This document shows, one piece after another, positions 51,401 through 62,662 of a DNA stretch of 64,000 nt (within the stretch, counting starts at the first letter, position 1; each line of letters opens with the position of its first letter). The translations under genes and the position numbers were made by a program. The notes under the pieces were generated by a model, which was not told the DNA's origin, made no database searches, and saw only the letters and a list, made by a program, of their open reading frames with translations. Origin of the DNA: Squalus acanthias (lineage: Eukaryota); contig CM059433.1 in the NCBI GenBank assembly GCA_030390025.1, positions 62,001 through 126,000 of the forward strand, in the 5' to 3' direction.

Positions 51401-51735
51401 TAGAAGCTACATCATTAAATAAATTTAAAACAGAAATAGACAGTTTCCTAGAAGTAAAGGGCATTAAGGGTTACGGGGAGCGGGCAGGAATTTGGACATG
51501 AGTCTAGGTTCGGATCGGTCATGGCCCTGTGGGTAGTGGAGCGGGCCCAGGGACCGTGTAGCCTGATTCTGCTCCTATTTCGTGTGTGCAATTCTGTTAG
51601 ATGCAGGAGATGGTTCTGTGATAGATAGTAGATTGGCGGTTAGGATCAGATCAGCCATGATCTTATTGAATGGCGGAGCAGGCTCGAGGGGCCGATTGGC
51701 CTACTCCTGCTCCTATTTCTTATGTTCTTCTGTTC
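48432..51735 (+). mobile_element. CR1 LINE truncated within the end of ORF1, with intact ORF2
   Basis: Starts in GLHL..RALN* (ORF1 end); 3' UTR and TTCTTATG tail. Confidence 0.96.
48550..51501 (+). CDS. CR1 ORF2 APE endonuclease plus reverse transcriptase, 983 aa, uninterrupted
   Basis: LNARSI, ITETW, YRPP, GDFN, SDH, QHGF, GVPQGSVLGP, FADD. Confidence 0.97.
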   Translation: MTTERVIDIGSCRGITNQSVTGRDRVCGVKGKVVKSEKAGTKFHKAYLKVLYLNARSIHNKIDELMAQITTYGYDIVAITETWLQGDNAWELNIPGYLTIRKDRQEGRGGGVAMLIKEGITVIQSNDIGSKNHDNETVWVEIRNNKGKKTLVGVVYRPPNSCNSVGRSINQEIVEACNKGTSIIMGDFNYHINWTNQMGQGCLEDEFIECIRDGFLEQYVTEPTRGQATLDLVLCNETGLIKNVLVKDPLGMSDHNMVEFHIQLEGEKVGSQTSGLSLNKGDYEGMRAELSRVDWENRLKGKTTHDQWCTFKELFYNFQKIYIPLKRKGCKRKDSHPWLSKEIKDSIRLKTRAYKVAKSSGRTEDWENFKRQQKITKRLIKKGKIDYESKSAKNIKTDSKSFYSYIKRKRVAKVNVGPLEDETGKLMVRNMEMAKTLNEYFVSVFTVEDTKNIPTLDKQGAIGGEELNTIKITKEVVLGKIMGLKADKSPGPDGLHPRVLKEVAVGIVDALVIIFQNSLDSAKVPADWKTANVTPLFKKGSRQKAGNYRPVSLTSVVGKILESIIKETVTGHLDNHNLIGQSQHGFTKGKSCLTNLLEFFEEVTYRVDKGEPVDVVYLDFQKAFDKVPHKRLLLKVKNHGIGGNILAWIEDWLSNRKQRVGINGSFSDWQSVTSGVPQGSVLGPQLFTIYINDLEEGTKCNISKFADDTKMGGKVVSEEDIKNLQGDIDRLSKWAEIWQMEYNTGKCEVMHFGRKNPRAIYYLNGKKLESTEVQRDLGVLVHKTQKVSMQVQQVIKKANGMLAFIARGIEYKNREVLLQLYKVLVRPHLEYCIQFWCPYLRKDILALEAVQKRFTRLIPGMRVWSYEERLGRLGLYSLEFRRMRGDLIETYKIVKGLDRVDAGRMFPMTGETRTRGHSLRIRGCSFKTEMRRNYFTQRVVGPWNMLPQKAVEATSLNKFKTEIDSFLEVKGIKGYGERAGIWT

Positions 51736-51877
51736 TTATACCTCTAATTAACAGATTATTTACTAACCTAACTGGGATAAACTTAAAAACTTTAAGAAAA
51801 CCAAGTAAAAACACTTAATAACAGAAAACGCTGGAAAAACTCAGCAGGCCAGGCAGCATCCGTGGAGAGAGAAACAG

Positions 51878-51914
51878 AGTTAACATTTCAGGTCGAAGAC
51901 CTTTCGTCAGAACT
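51878..51914 (-). ncRNA. Minimal type-I hammerhead ribozyme motif in a Penelope-like remnant
   Basis: AGUU-CUGACGA-A-AGGUC-uuc-GACCU-GAAA-UG-UU-AACU. Confidence 0.6.
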
Positions 51915-52139
51915 GGAAAAAAGCAGGAAATGAAATAGATTTAAAGCAAGTATAATGCTGGGAAAAGGGGGAGGGGATGAAAGAACAAAAGGGAAGGTCA
52001 GTGGTGGGATAGAAAGCAGGAAAGATTAAGAGACATTGAGAGACATTAAGAGATATTCAAGGCAAGAGGAGGTGGTAATGTGACAGGTTGAGGCTGGATG
52101 AAGTGTGAAATGTGCTGCCAGAATGAGCTGGCCTTCCCT

Positions 52140-52460
52140 TTTGTTCTTTCTATCAGTGGGTGCCACTTCTCGCTGGCCTCTGAGCCACAAGGTCGTGGGT
52201 TCAAGTCTCACTCCAGAGCACATAATCTAGGCTGACACCAGTGCAGTACCGAGGGAGTGCTGCATTATCAGAGGTGCCATCTTTCGGATGAGACGTTAAA
52301 CCGAGGCTGGTCATTATCACATTGCTGTCTGCGGGAGCTTGCTGTGCTCAAATTGGCTGCCGCCTTTGCTACCTTACAACAGTGACCACACTTCAAAAGT
52401 ACTTCATTGGCTATAAAGCGCTTTGGGACGTCCTGAGGTCATGAAATATCAACGCAGGTA
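52140..52460 (+). mobile_element. tRNA-derived SINE with Deu-like core (internally deleted)
   Basis: B box GGTTCAAGTC; core GAGGGAGTGCTGCA..GGATGAGACGTTAAACCGAGG; matches 55510..55753 plus 61325..61475. Confidence 0.75.
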
Positions 52461-52799
52461 TTTTCTGTGGAACCATACTCGACAGCTGGAGGGGAGGGCA
52501 AACATTGGACAGGGAGAGATGCTTTACATTTCACCATTAATCATTAGCTGTGTATTTGTGATCCCTACAATATGTCTGCACGAATCCTTCACACTCGGTG
52601 AGGCCACTGAGTGCATTTTAAAGTTATATTTTTGAGGAAGGGTTGCAAGCTGTGGTTCAATAATGCAGTTGTGTGAGGTGAACAATAATGACATTATTTA
52701 TTTAGTCACTGTTAAGAACTTGTCTCCTGACATCAATGAGCTATTTTTATTATATCTGTTGCTTGGAACTGAACACAGGGAATCATGTAATCCGTAATT

Positions 52800-53636
52800 T
52801 TTTTAAAATTCATTCTTGGGGTGTGGGAAACGCTGGCAAGGCCGGCATTTATTGCCCGCCCCAAGTTGCCCTGAGAAGGTGGTGGTTGTTGGTACATGAG
52901 GGAGAGAGATAGTCGAGCCTAGAAACAGTCGAGAGAGAGAAAGAATTACAGATCACACTAGCAATAGGCAGCGTTCAAAATTGAAGTAAAGCCTTGGGAT
53001 GTTTATGGTGGTGTAATAATAGAATATTTAGATTATAACTGTTCGGGTCATAACAACAAGGACGCTGCAACTGATGTGAAAGGTTGTTGATGTACGTACG
53101 TTGTAGAGAAATTTAAACTTGTGTGCATAAGAATCGGCTGAAGGACTGTGCATTGACCAGAGACTACCATTTAAGGCACTACCAATTCCAGTTAGATCAG
53201 GAGAAAACAGTGTATAAAAAAGAAGCATTTGTATTAAGTTGGAGAAGAGAGAGACGTATCAGGATGAGGGCGTGCCTATGTTCAAATCTGCTGACAAAAT
53301 TCAGGTTGTGAATTGCGTTATACTCTGAAGAAATTATACTCTGCTTTTAGATTTTTTTTATGTTAAAGTAGAAAAAATAAAGAGATTATAACCATGAGAC
53401 TGAGTTCGTTACTCCTCAAGTGAACAACGGAAGATTGTTTAAAACAACTGGTGGTGGGCCGCCTTCTTGAACCTCCGCAGTGTAACAGTTTGATACGACC
53501 GAATAGCTCACTAGGCCACTTCAGAGGGCAGCTACGAGTCGACCACGTTGGTGTGGGACTGGAGTCATATGTAGGCCAAGACCGGGTAAGGATGGCAGGG
53601 TTCTCCCTCTAAAGGACATTAGTGAAACAGTTGGGT
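52800..53636 (-). mobile_element. SINE of the 62175..62662 family, split by an insertion
   Basis: Reverse complement of the CACCACCACCTTCTCAAGGGCAA tail and central region; resumes at 53450. Confidence 0.7.
52887..53449 (+). mobile_element. Candidate solo LTR (563 bp)
   Basis: TGTTG...CAAC(T) termini, GGTGGT on both flanks, TATAAAA ~53213, AATAAA ~53376. Confidence 0.55.
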
Positions 53637-53679
53637 AACATAACTGTTGCAGGCAGGAGAAGACTTTTGCCCATCGGGC

Positions 53680-55355
53680 TATTGGGGTGCGGGGGGGGGG
53701 GGGGGGGAACTTAAAACAATCACTATCACTAGAGAGGAAGTACTAGGCAAACTAATGGGACTAAAAGTGGACAAGTCCCTTGGACCCGATGGCCTGCATC
53801 CTTGAGTCTTAAAAGAAGTGGCTGCAGAGATAGTGGATGCATTGGTTGTAATCCACCAAAATTCCCTGGATTCTGGAGAGGTCCCAGCGGACTGGAAAAC
53901 CGCAAATGTAACGCCCCTATTTAAGAAAGGAAGGAGACAGAAACCAGGCAACTATCGACCAGTTAGCCTAACATCTGTCATTGGGAAAATGCTGGAATCC
54001 ATCATTAAGGAAGTGATAGCAGGACATTTAGAAAATCATAATATAGTCAAGCAGAGTCAGCATGGTTTTATGAAAGGGAAATCATGTTTGACAGATTTGC
54101 TGGAATTCTTTGAGGATGTAACGAGCAGGGTGGATAAAGGGGAACCAGTGGATGTCGTGTATTTGGATTTCCAGAAGGCATTCGATAAGGTGCCACATAA
54201 AAGGTTACTACACAAGATAAGAGCTCACGGGGTTGGGGGTAATATATTAGCATGGATAGAGGATTGGCTAACTAACAGAAAACAGAGAGTCGGGATAAAT
54301 GGGTCATTTTCAGGTTGGCAAACAGTAACTAGTGGGGTGCCACAGGGATCAGTGCTGGGGCCTCAACTATTTACAATCTATATTAATGACTTGGATGAAG
54401 GGACCGAGTATACTGTAGCCAAATTTGCTGATGATACAAAGATAGGTGGGAAAGCAAATTGTGTGGAGGACACAAAGAATCTCCAAAGGGATATAGAGAG
54501 GCTAAGTGAGTGGGCAAAAACCTGGCAGATGGAGTTTAATGTGGGAAAATGCGAGCTTATCCACTTTGGTAGGAAAAATAAAAAAGCAAATTATTATTTA
54601 AATGGGGAGAGATTACAAAATGCTGAGGTACAGAGGGATCTGGGGGTCCTTGTACATGAATCTCAAAAAGTTAGCATGCAGGTACAGCAAGTAATTAGAA
54701 AGGCAAATGGAGTGTTGGCCTTTATTGCAAAGGGAATGGAGTATAAAAGTAGGGAAGTCCTCTTACAACTGTACAGGGCGTTGTTGAGACCACACCTGGA
54801 GTGCTGCGTACAGTTTTGGTCTCCTTATTTAAGGAGGGATATACTTGCTTTGGAGGCAGTTCAGAGAAGGTTCACTAGGTTGATTCCAGAGATGAAGGGG
54901 TTAGCTTATGAGGAAAGGTTGAGCAGGCTGGGCCTATACTCATTGGAGTTTAGAAGAATGAGAGGGGATCTTATTGAAACATATAAGATTCTGAAGGGGC
55001 TCGACAAGGTAGATGCAGAGAGGATGTTTCCCCTAGTGGGGGAATCTAGAACTAGGGGGCATAAATTCAGAATAAGGGGGCACGTTTTTAAATCGGAAAT
55101 GAGGAGGAATTTCTTCTCTCAGAGGGTCGAGAATCTTTGGAATTCTCTTCCCCAGAGAGCTGTGGAGACCGGGTCATTGAATATATTTAAGGTGGAGATG
55201 GACAGATTTTTGAAAGGTAAGGGAGTCAAGGGTTATGGGGAGCGGGCAGGGAAGTGGAGTTGAGGCCAAGATCAGATCAGTTATGATCTTATTGAATGGC
55301 GGAGCAGGCTCGAGGGGCCAAATGACCGACTCCTGCTCCTACGTCTTATGTTCTT
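53680..55355 (+). mobile_element. 5'-truncated CR1 LINE with open RT region (53818..55263)
   Basis: 481-aa ORF with all RT motifs; 3' UTR hairpin and tail. Confidence 0.95.
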
Positions 55356-55509
55356 TTGAGCCACCTATCCACTGTATACCCTTGGTGCATTTCTAATAAC
55401 CCTGAGTCCCATTTGTTGATAAGAACCTGTCTAGTTCCTTCTTGAAACCCATTCAGGTTTCTTGTTCCATTATCCTGTGCTTTTAAAATCATCTAGCTGT
55501 TTGATTTAG

Positions 55510-55753
55510 GTGGCTGCATGGCTCCGTGGTAGCACGTACTCTAAGCTGACACTTCAGTGCTGTACTGAGGGAGTGCTGCACTGTCGGAGGTGCTGTCTTT
55601 TGGATGAGACATTAAACCGAGGCTCCGTCTGTCCTCTCAGGTGGATTTAAAAGATCCCGTGGCCACTATTTCGAAGAAGAGTAGGGGGAGTTCTCCTGGG
55701 CCAACATTTATCCCTCAACCAACATCACTAAAAAATACAGATTATCCGGTCAT
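55510..55753 (+). mobile_element. Deu-like SINE 5' part (3' part at 61325..61475)
   Basis: Core matches 52140..52460; breaks at GGTCATTA and resumes CATTGCTATTTGTGGG at 61325. Confidence 0.75.
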
Positions 55754-56278
55754 TATAGAGTCATAGGGGGAAAAATTCAGTTGGTTGCGCCTCCCGTTAG
55801 CGCCTTAAGAGAGTGCTAATGGGGCGCAAAGCAACTAGCGCCCGGGCGCGGCGATGTTTGCGCCGCTCACGAAATTAACTAGACATTTTGCGGTAGCGCT
55901 AAACTTTACCGCCATGATCTCCTGCGCCGGCAGATCGTGACATCATACGAGGGTGCAATGCCCTTGTGGCGCCCCGGAGCGGAAATTAAGTGGTGCCCCC
56001 ATCCTTTCCGCCTGGCGCAACCAACGACCAGAAGACTGGAACGCTCCCCAGTCGCTGTGGGGCTGGAGGGGCGCTATTTAAAGGGGGCCTCTTCCTGTCT
56101 TTCTCTGTGATTGACATTTTTGCACCACTCGTTCTGAGAGAGAGAGAGAGAGATTCGGAGAGAGAGAAAGAGAGACTTCTGCATTGAGTCAACGCTGTGT
56201 AAGGTAGTTTTGGCTACTGATCATAACTTTGCAGGTACTTTGGTTTTTGACCTTCATAACTTTGATTGCCAAGAGACT

Positions 56279-57439
56279 TTGGGGGCTGCACTGATTGGGG
56301 GCGTCGTCCTGCGCCACCAGAATCGGAGGACACAGAGACGCAGAGAGAGAGTGGCGATCATGGCCAGATGGAGGAGGGCCAACAGGCCTCTGTACAGGAG
56401 ACCTTACCCTCCCAGGGTATATCGCCAACAATTCACATATATTAATATGTCTGAGGAGCAGTGTTTGTGAAGGTTGCGCTTCAGCAAGGAGGTGGTCACT
56501 GAGCTCTGCCACCTGCTGCAGCCAGATCTACAGCCTCAACTGAGGACCAGGACGTCTCTGTCGGTGGCAGTGAAGATCACAGTGGCTCTGAATTTTTATG
56601 CCACTGGTTCATTTCAATCAGCTACTGGGGACATCGCCAATATCTCCCAGTTCGCGGTGCATTGCTGCATCCGTCAGGTCACAAATGCCCTCTTTAAAAG
56701 GAGACGAGAGTACATCTCTTTCCCCATGACCCCGGCCAAGCAGCAAGAACGCGCAATGGGCTTTGCTACGATAGCGGGCTTCCCCATGGTGCAGGGCGCC
56801 ATTGACTGCACGCATGTGGCTTTGCGTGCTCCGCATGAGAATGCCGAGGATTTCCGCAACAGAAAGGGGTTCCATTCCTTAAACGTTCAGTTGGTCTGTG
56901 ACCACAGACAGCTGATACTCGCTGTCAATGCCCACTATCCTGGCAGCTGCCACGATGCATTCATCCTGCGCCAGACTACTGTGGCAGAACTTTTCCAGGC
57001 ACCGCATCAGCCAGTTGGTTGGCTTCTCGGGGACAAGGGATATCCACTGAGCACCTGGCTGATGACACCGCTCCGTACGCCCAACACCCCTGCTGAGCTG
57101 CGGTACAACGAGAGCCATCAAGCTACCAGGAACATCGTTGAGCACACAATCGGCGTGCTGAAGCAACGGTTCCGCTGTCTGGACCATTCTGGAGGAGCCC
57201 TGCAGTACTCGCCTGAGCGAGTTTCCCACTTCGTAGTTGTGTGCTGCATGCTGCATAACATGGCAATCCTCAGGACCCAGCCAATGCCACCAGGCCTTGG
57301 AGCACCACCAGAGGAGGAGGAGGAAGAGGAGGAGGATGATGAGGAGGATGATCATCAGCAGCACCAAGGCGGGAGGGAGGCCCACAATGTAGAAACTGGA
57401 AGGGCCGTCCGTCAACGGCTGATAGCAAGCCGTTTCTAG
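56279..57439 (+). pseudogene. Harbinger transposase with a premature TGA (56468-56470)
   Basis: EEQCL*RLRFSKE versus EQCLRRLRFSKE in copy A; DDE motifs retained. Confidence 0.9.
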
Positions 57440-57736
57440 GCCCCTGCTGAGGAAATGGCTTCTGCCATTGAGAACAACATGAATGAAACCAACCCACAAC
57501 CCCTAAGCCGGCCAAGGCAGTAATGATTCCAAAGACCAAACATGTACATTTTGAATACAAAAACTTATTTATTTCACAAACTCTGTGTGTCATTTCCTCA
57601 TGACAAACTAATAGAAAGAAACACAAAAACACAGTCATTAACATAACTGGTTCTCATAACCTGGAGATAATGTTCAAAAGTTTGACCACGAACCTCAGCC
57701 TTTAATAAAAAAATGACCAACATTTTGTCACAACTC

Positions 57737-59803
57737 CTACTTTTTGCCCTTCGAGGGTGATCTCCTTCCCTTGCGCACTTCCCCCCTTCCCACCCTACTG
57801 CTCCTCCGTAATGGGACCCCAGTGGCTGCAGCAAGGCTGGTGGAAGGCTGCTGATTGTCAGAACATGAGACTGCAGATGCCCTTGAAGGACGGCCTCGAC
57901 CAGCTCTGGGCCTGGAGGGCCCGGCTGCAGACTGCACCAACTCCGCATGGGTGGCAGCAGTCTGTCCTACAGGCGGTGGCAAGTGCAGTGGAGAAGTGAC
58001 AGTGGTGGCAGCAGGAATGCTGTAATCTTGAGAGAGGACAGCAACTCCCTGCACGACCGACACACTGGCACTCCCACGGGGCAGCACTTCAGCATCCAGA
58101 GCAATCTGCTGGAGCACAGATTGCTGGCCTGCTGCGGCGCGGTGAGAGCCCCGGGGAAATGTGTCCGAACCAGCGAGGATGGCAGCAGTCAGTGCTCGCG
58201 TGGCCTCAATCTGAGTCTGCATGAGAGCAGTCTGAGATGGGTTCATGGCAGCCAGTGACTGAATTGCAGCACTAAACATTTGCGTGGCATCCGCCTGTGC
58301 TACAGCAAAGTGCTCCACACTCCTTACCAGTGATTCAATGCATTCGGGCACACTTCCCACTGCACCCATGAGCTCAGTGTGCATGTCCACCGCCTGGGTG
58401 TTCATTTCAGTCCAGTGCAGTAGGTCTCACTGGCATACTCTCCCTCCGGGGAGAAGGCCCCCGAGCTTCCCTACCCCCATGGCGTTGCTGCAGCCCGCTG
58501 GGTCCTGGAGCTTCACCCTCATCAGACCCTTCCCCCCTGCTCCCCTCCAGGGAAGGCGTATTCCCAGTGTGGGCATGGGCTTCCTCGGGAGAGGGTGGCG
58601 CTGATGCTCCGCCTTCATCTTCCTCCTTGCCTGCAGCTTCACTCCCACTGGCAGCTTGAGGGCTCATCTCCTCAGCTGGTGAATCACCATCTGAAAGCAG
58701 GGAGGTACAAGAGTGGCTTTAGCATGAGGACAGGGTGGCACTAAGGGAGGAATGAGTGCAGCGATTTCGTAAGTTGGATTGAAAGTGTCAAAGGCTGGTG
58801 TTGTGAGGGACAAGTGGAAGGACAGAGGACAAAAAGGTGATGACCTTACCATTGCTGTCCAGAACGGGGTCGGCGTCTCCAGTGGCGACGGGACCGATCA
58901 CCCGGCTTGCCACAATCCTGTGGACGCGCTCCTCAAGATCGCTGAGGGGTTGCAGCTGAGGCCGCCCTCCACCCGTCCGTTGCTGCTGTCTCCTATTATG
59001 AGATAGCTTGGCCTGCAAGAAAAAGGACGGCGTCTGAGTAAATATACAGCCATGGTCTTGCCTGATGTGCCTCCCATAGGTGAATAGCTCTTACTGTATG
59101 CAGCCATGGTCTTGCCTGATGTGCCTCCCATAGCTGAATAGCCCTTACTGTATGCAGCCATGGTCTTGCCTGATGTGCCTCCCATAGGTGAATAGCCCTT
59201 ACTGTATGCAGCCATGGTCTTGCTTGATGTGCCTCCCATAGGTGAATAGCCCTTACTATATGCAGCCATGGTCTTGCCTGATGTGCCTCCCATAGGTGAA
59301 TAGCCCTTACTGTATGCAGCCATGGTCTTGCCTGATGTGCCTCCCATAGGTGAATAGCCCTTACTATATGCAGCCATGGTCTTGCCTGATGTGCCTCCCA
59401 TAGGTGAATAGCCCTTACTGTATGCGAAGTGTGGAATGTGCGTGTGTGTTTCATGAGAGGGCCATAGGTGTTGGATGAGTGTTGTGCATTAGGGTTTTAA
59501 GACCCTCTGGCCATAGAGTGAGGTTGAGATGGAGGGATGGAGAGGTATTGAAAAAAAGCCACACACCCTGACGATCCGAGTGAGGTTGTTGAACTTTTTT
59601 CGACATTGAGTATGGGTCCTGGGCACCATGCTCCTGGAGGAGACGCTCTGAGCCACCTCCCTCCACACTCTTCTGTACTCGCGCGGCAAAGGCCTCCTGC
59701 CACTCTCTGGGTACAGTATTGAGCTTCTGTGCTCCACCGCGCCAACCAGAGCATCCAAGGCCCGCTCGCTGAAGCGCTGAGCTCGTTCTCTCGCCCTCTC
59801 CAT
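57737..59803 (-). pseudogene. Harbinger Myb/SANT gene, exons 59803-59567, 59012-58850, 58690-57737; frameshifting deletion near 58408
   Basis: Exons 1 and 2 are the same length as in copy A (237 and 163 nt); about 23 nt lost in ALD..EMNT. Confidence 0.87.
59046..59423. repeat. 54-bp minisatellite x7 in intron 1 of the Myb gene
   Basis: GCAGCCATGGTCTTGCCTGATGTGCCTCCCATAGGTGAATAGCCCTTACTGTAT; single copy in element A (~23843-23897). Confidence 0.95.
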
Positions 59804-60164
59804 AGTCCTTGGCTGGAAGATTTAGGCACAGGTCTCTCCAGGCCGAGATTCAAGGCTCCAATGAGCAGGGTGTGGCTGGAGTGCAAGATCGACCCTCCCC
59901 TTTAAGAACTGTCCAGCGCCAGTGTGTCTGTGTTCCATCGCTAACTGACAGCACCTGCGCTGTGCCCACGCTCTGAGTTAGTGCCTCACTCCTCGGCCTT
60001 TGCGCCTTAAGACAGGTGTGTAGCGCCTGATTTAGTGCTCCAATCACCTCCAGGGGCGATAAAAGTCAAGTTTGCAGTCGGAGGCGATAATTAGCGCCAG
60101 GCGCCAATCTTTGCGCCCGGCCGATAATTGCGCCCCAAATGGGGCGATACTGAATTTCTTCCCC

Positions 60165-61324
60165 ATAGAGTCATAGAGTTATACAGCACAGAAAGAGGCC
60201 CTTCGGCCCATCGTGTCCGTGCCGGCCATCAAGCCCTGTCTGTTCTAATCCCATTGTCCAGCACTTGGTCCGTAGCCTTGTATGCTATGGCGTTTCAAGT
60301 GCTCATCTAAATGCTTCTTGAATGTCGTGAGGGTTCCTGCCTCTACCACCCTTTCAGGCAGTGAGTTCCAGATTCCAACCACCCTCTGGGTGAAAAAGTT
60401 TTTCCTCAAATCCCCTCTAAACCTCCTGCCCCTTACCTTGAAACTATGCCCCCTAGTTATTGTCACCTCTACTAAGGGGAAACGTTCCTTTCTATTTACC
60501 CTATCTATGCCCCTCATAATTTTGTACACCTCAATCAGGTCCCCCCTCAGCCTTCTCTGCTCTAAGGAAAACAACCCCAGCCTGTCCAGTCTCTCTTCAT
60601 AGCTGAAGCGCTCCAGCCCAGGTAACATCCTGGTGAATCTCCTCTGCACCCTCTCCAATGCAATCACATCCTTCCTATAGTGTGGCGACCAGAACTGCAC
60701 ACAGTATTCCAGCTATGGCCTAACTAGTGTCTTGTATAGCTCCATCATAACCTCCCTGCTCTTATATTCTATGCCTCGGTTAATGAAGGCAAGTATCCCA
60801 TATGCCATCTTAACCACCTTATCTACCTGTCCTGCTGCCTTCAGGGATCTATGTACATGCACATCAAGGTCCCTCTGATCCTCTGTCCTTCCTAGGGTCC
60901 TACCATTCATTGTGTATTCCCTTGCCTTGTTAGTCCTCCCAAAATGCATCACCTCACACTTTTCAGGGTTAAATTCCATTTGCCACTGTTCTGCCCATCT
61001 AACCAACCCGTCTATATCATCCTGTAGCCTGAGGCTTCCTCCTCGCTATTTACCACTCCACCAATTTTTGTGTCATCTGCGAACTTACTGATCATACCTC
61101 CTACATTCATATCTATATCAATAATGTACACTACAAACAGCAAGGGACCCAGCACCGATCCCTGCGGTACACCACTGGACACAGGCTTCCAGTCACAAAA
61201 ACAACCTTCGACCATCACCCTCTGCCTCCTGCCACTAAGCCAATTTTGGATCCAAGTTGCCCTGGATCCCATGGGCTCTTACCTTCTTGACCAGTCTCCC
61301 ATGCGGGACTTTGTCAAAAGCCTT
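60165..61324 (-). mobile_element. 5'-truncated CR1, same subfamily as 1021..2414
   Basis: RT pieces 61012..61272, 60713..61006, 60245..60700; same 3' UTR and ACTCTATG tail, whose distal end lies at 55754-55765. Confidence 0.93.
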
Positions 61325-62174
61325 CATTGCTATTTGTGGGTGCTTGCTGTGCGTGCAAATTGGCTGCTGCGTTTCCTACATTGCAGCAGCGATTACCCTT
61401 TAACAAAATGCTTCAATGGCTCTAAAGTGCTTTGGGATGTCCTGATGTTGTGAAAGGTCTATCAATGCAAGTTCTTGATGCACCACTGAGAAATTGGAGG
61501 GCGTAAATCAAAATTGCCTTGTGTTGTTGTTTACCTGGTCTCAACATTGAAAAGTTGATCTTTGCTAAATTCAGCACCAACCTTTCAGATGGTCCTTTAT
61601 CCTTCAACATTGTCCTTGTAATGACCAGATCCTAAACTATTCACCCATTTTTGACGGCAGCACATGGATTGGATCTCGCAGTGCGATATCCTCACTGGGT
61701 TTTAAAAAAAATATATCAATTTGTTTGTGTTTCTGACAATGAGAGTTTGGGAGTTAAGTACTTCCAAAATAGCCTATTATATCCCAGGTTAATTACTGTG
61801 CTATTAATGTGCAGCCTTTCTGTTTGTTAAAGTATTATTTAGACCCACTTGTGCCTCAGTAGTCAGTGATTATTCAACAGGTTACACGCTCTGCACGTGT
61901 GTGTCTTGGTGCCCCCCACAGTTATCAACGCGTGCTATTATTTTATTTTGTCGTGGTATATAAATGGCATGAGTCACACAACTCGGGTCGCCATCTCTGG
62001 TTGGACGTATTCCTGGAGCTTTCTTCATGTGACCTGCTGGATCCAACCGCCGTTTTCCCCCGTCTCCAATATTTTTATAAATGAACGAAAGTGGTCAAAG
62101 AAAATGGAAAAAAAATCTTTTTCTTTAATGCCCTGTTGACTTTTATCCCAGGTTTGCTCACAACTGCAACTGGG

Positions 62175-62662
62175 AATGGTAGCATAGTGGTTATGTTACC
62201 AGACTAGTTAATCTCAGGGACAGACTTAGATTAAACAATCTGTTGTAGACATGGGTCAAATCCCACCACATGGCAGCTGGGGAATTTAAATTCTGTCACT
62301 TAAATAAATCTGGAATAAAAAGCTACCATCAGTAATGATGACCATGAAACTATTGGATTGTGTTAAAATCCCACCTTGTTCACTAATGTCCTTTAGGGAA
62401 GGAAATCTGCCGTCCATACCCGGTCTGGCCTATATGTGACTCCAGACCCACAGCAATGTGGTTGACTCTTTAACTGCCCTCTGAAATGGCCGAGCAAGTC
62501 ACTCAGTTGTACCAAACTGCTCCTGTGGGAGCACCTTCACCACACGGACTGCAGCGGTGCAAGGTGGCGGCTCACCACCACCTTCTCAAGGCCAATTAGG
62601 GATGGGCAATAAATGCTGGCCTTGCCAGCGACGCCCACATCACATGAATGAATAAAAAAAAA
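62175..62662 (+). mobile_element. tRNA-derived SINE with a LINE-derived 3' tail
   Basis: TAGCATAGTGG A box, GGTCAAATCCC B-like box; tail resembles a LINE ORF end (..AAHHHLLK..) and finishes ATGAATGAATAAAAA. Confidence 0.75.

Larger units (their letters stand above)
55766..60164. mobile_element. PIF/Harbinger transposon copy B (4399 bp), defective
   Basis: TIRs GGGGGAAAAATTCAG...CTGAATTTCTTCCCC; perfect ATA TSD in GAGTC-ATA-GAGTC. Confidence 0.96.

Noticed and set aside
52140..52220. tRNA gene
   Set aside because: Degenerate SINE head without a full cloverleaf
58898..59454. Repeat proteins (MGGTSGKT.. / WEAHQARP..) or a CRISPR-like array
   Set aside because: Head-to-tail 54-bp intronic repeat with no spacers
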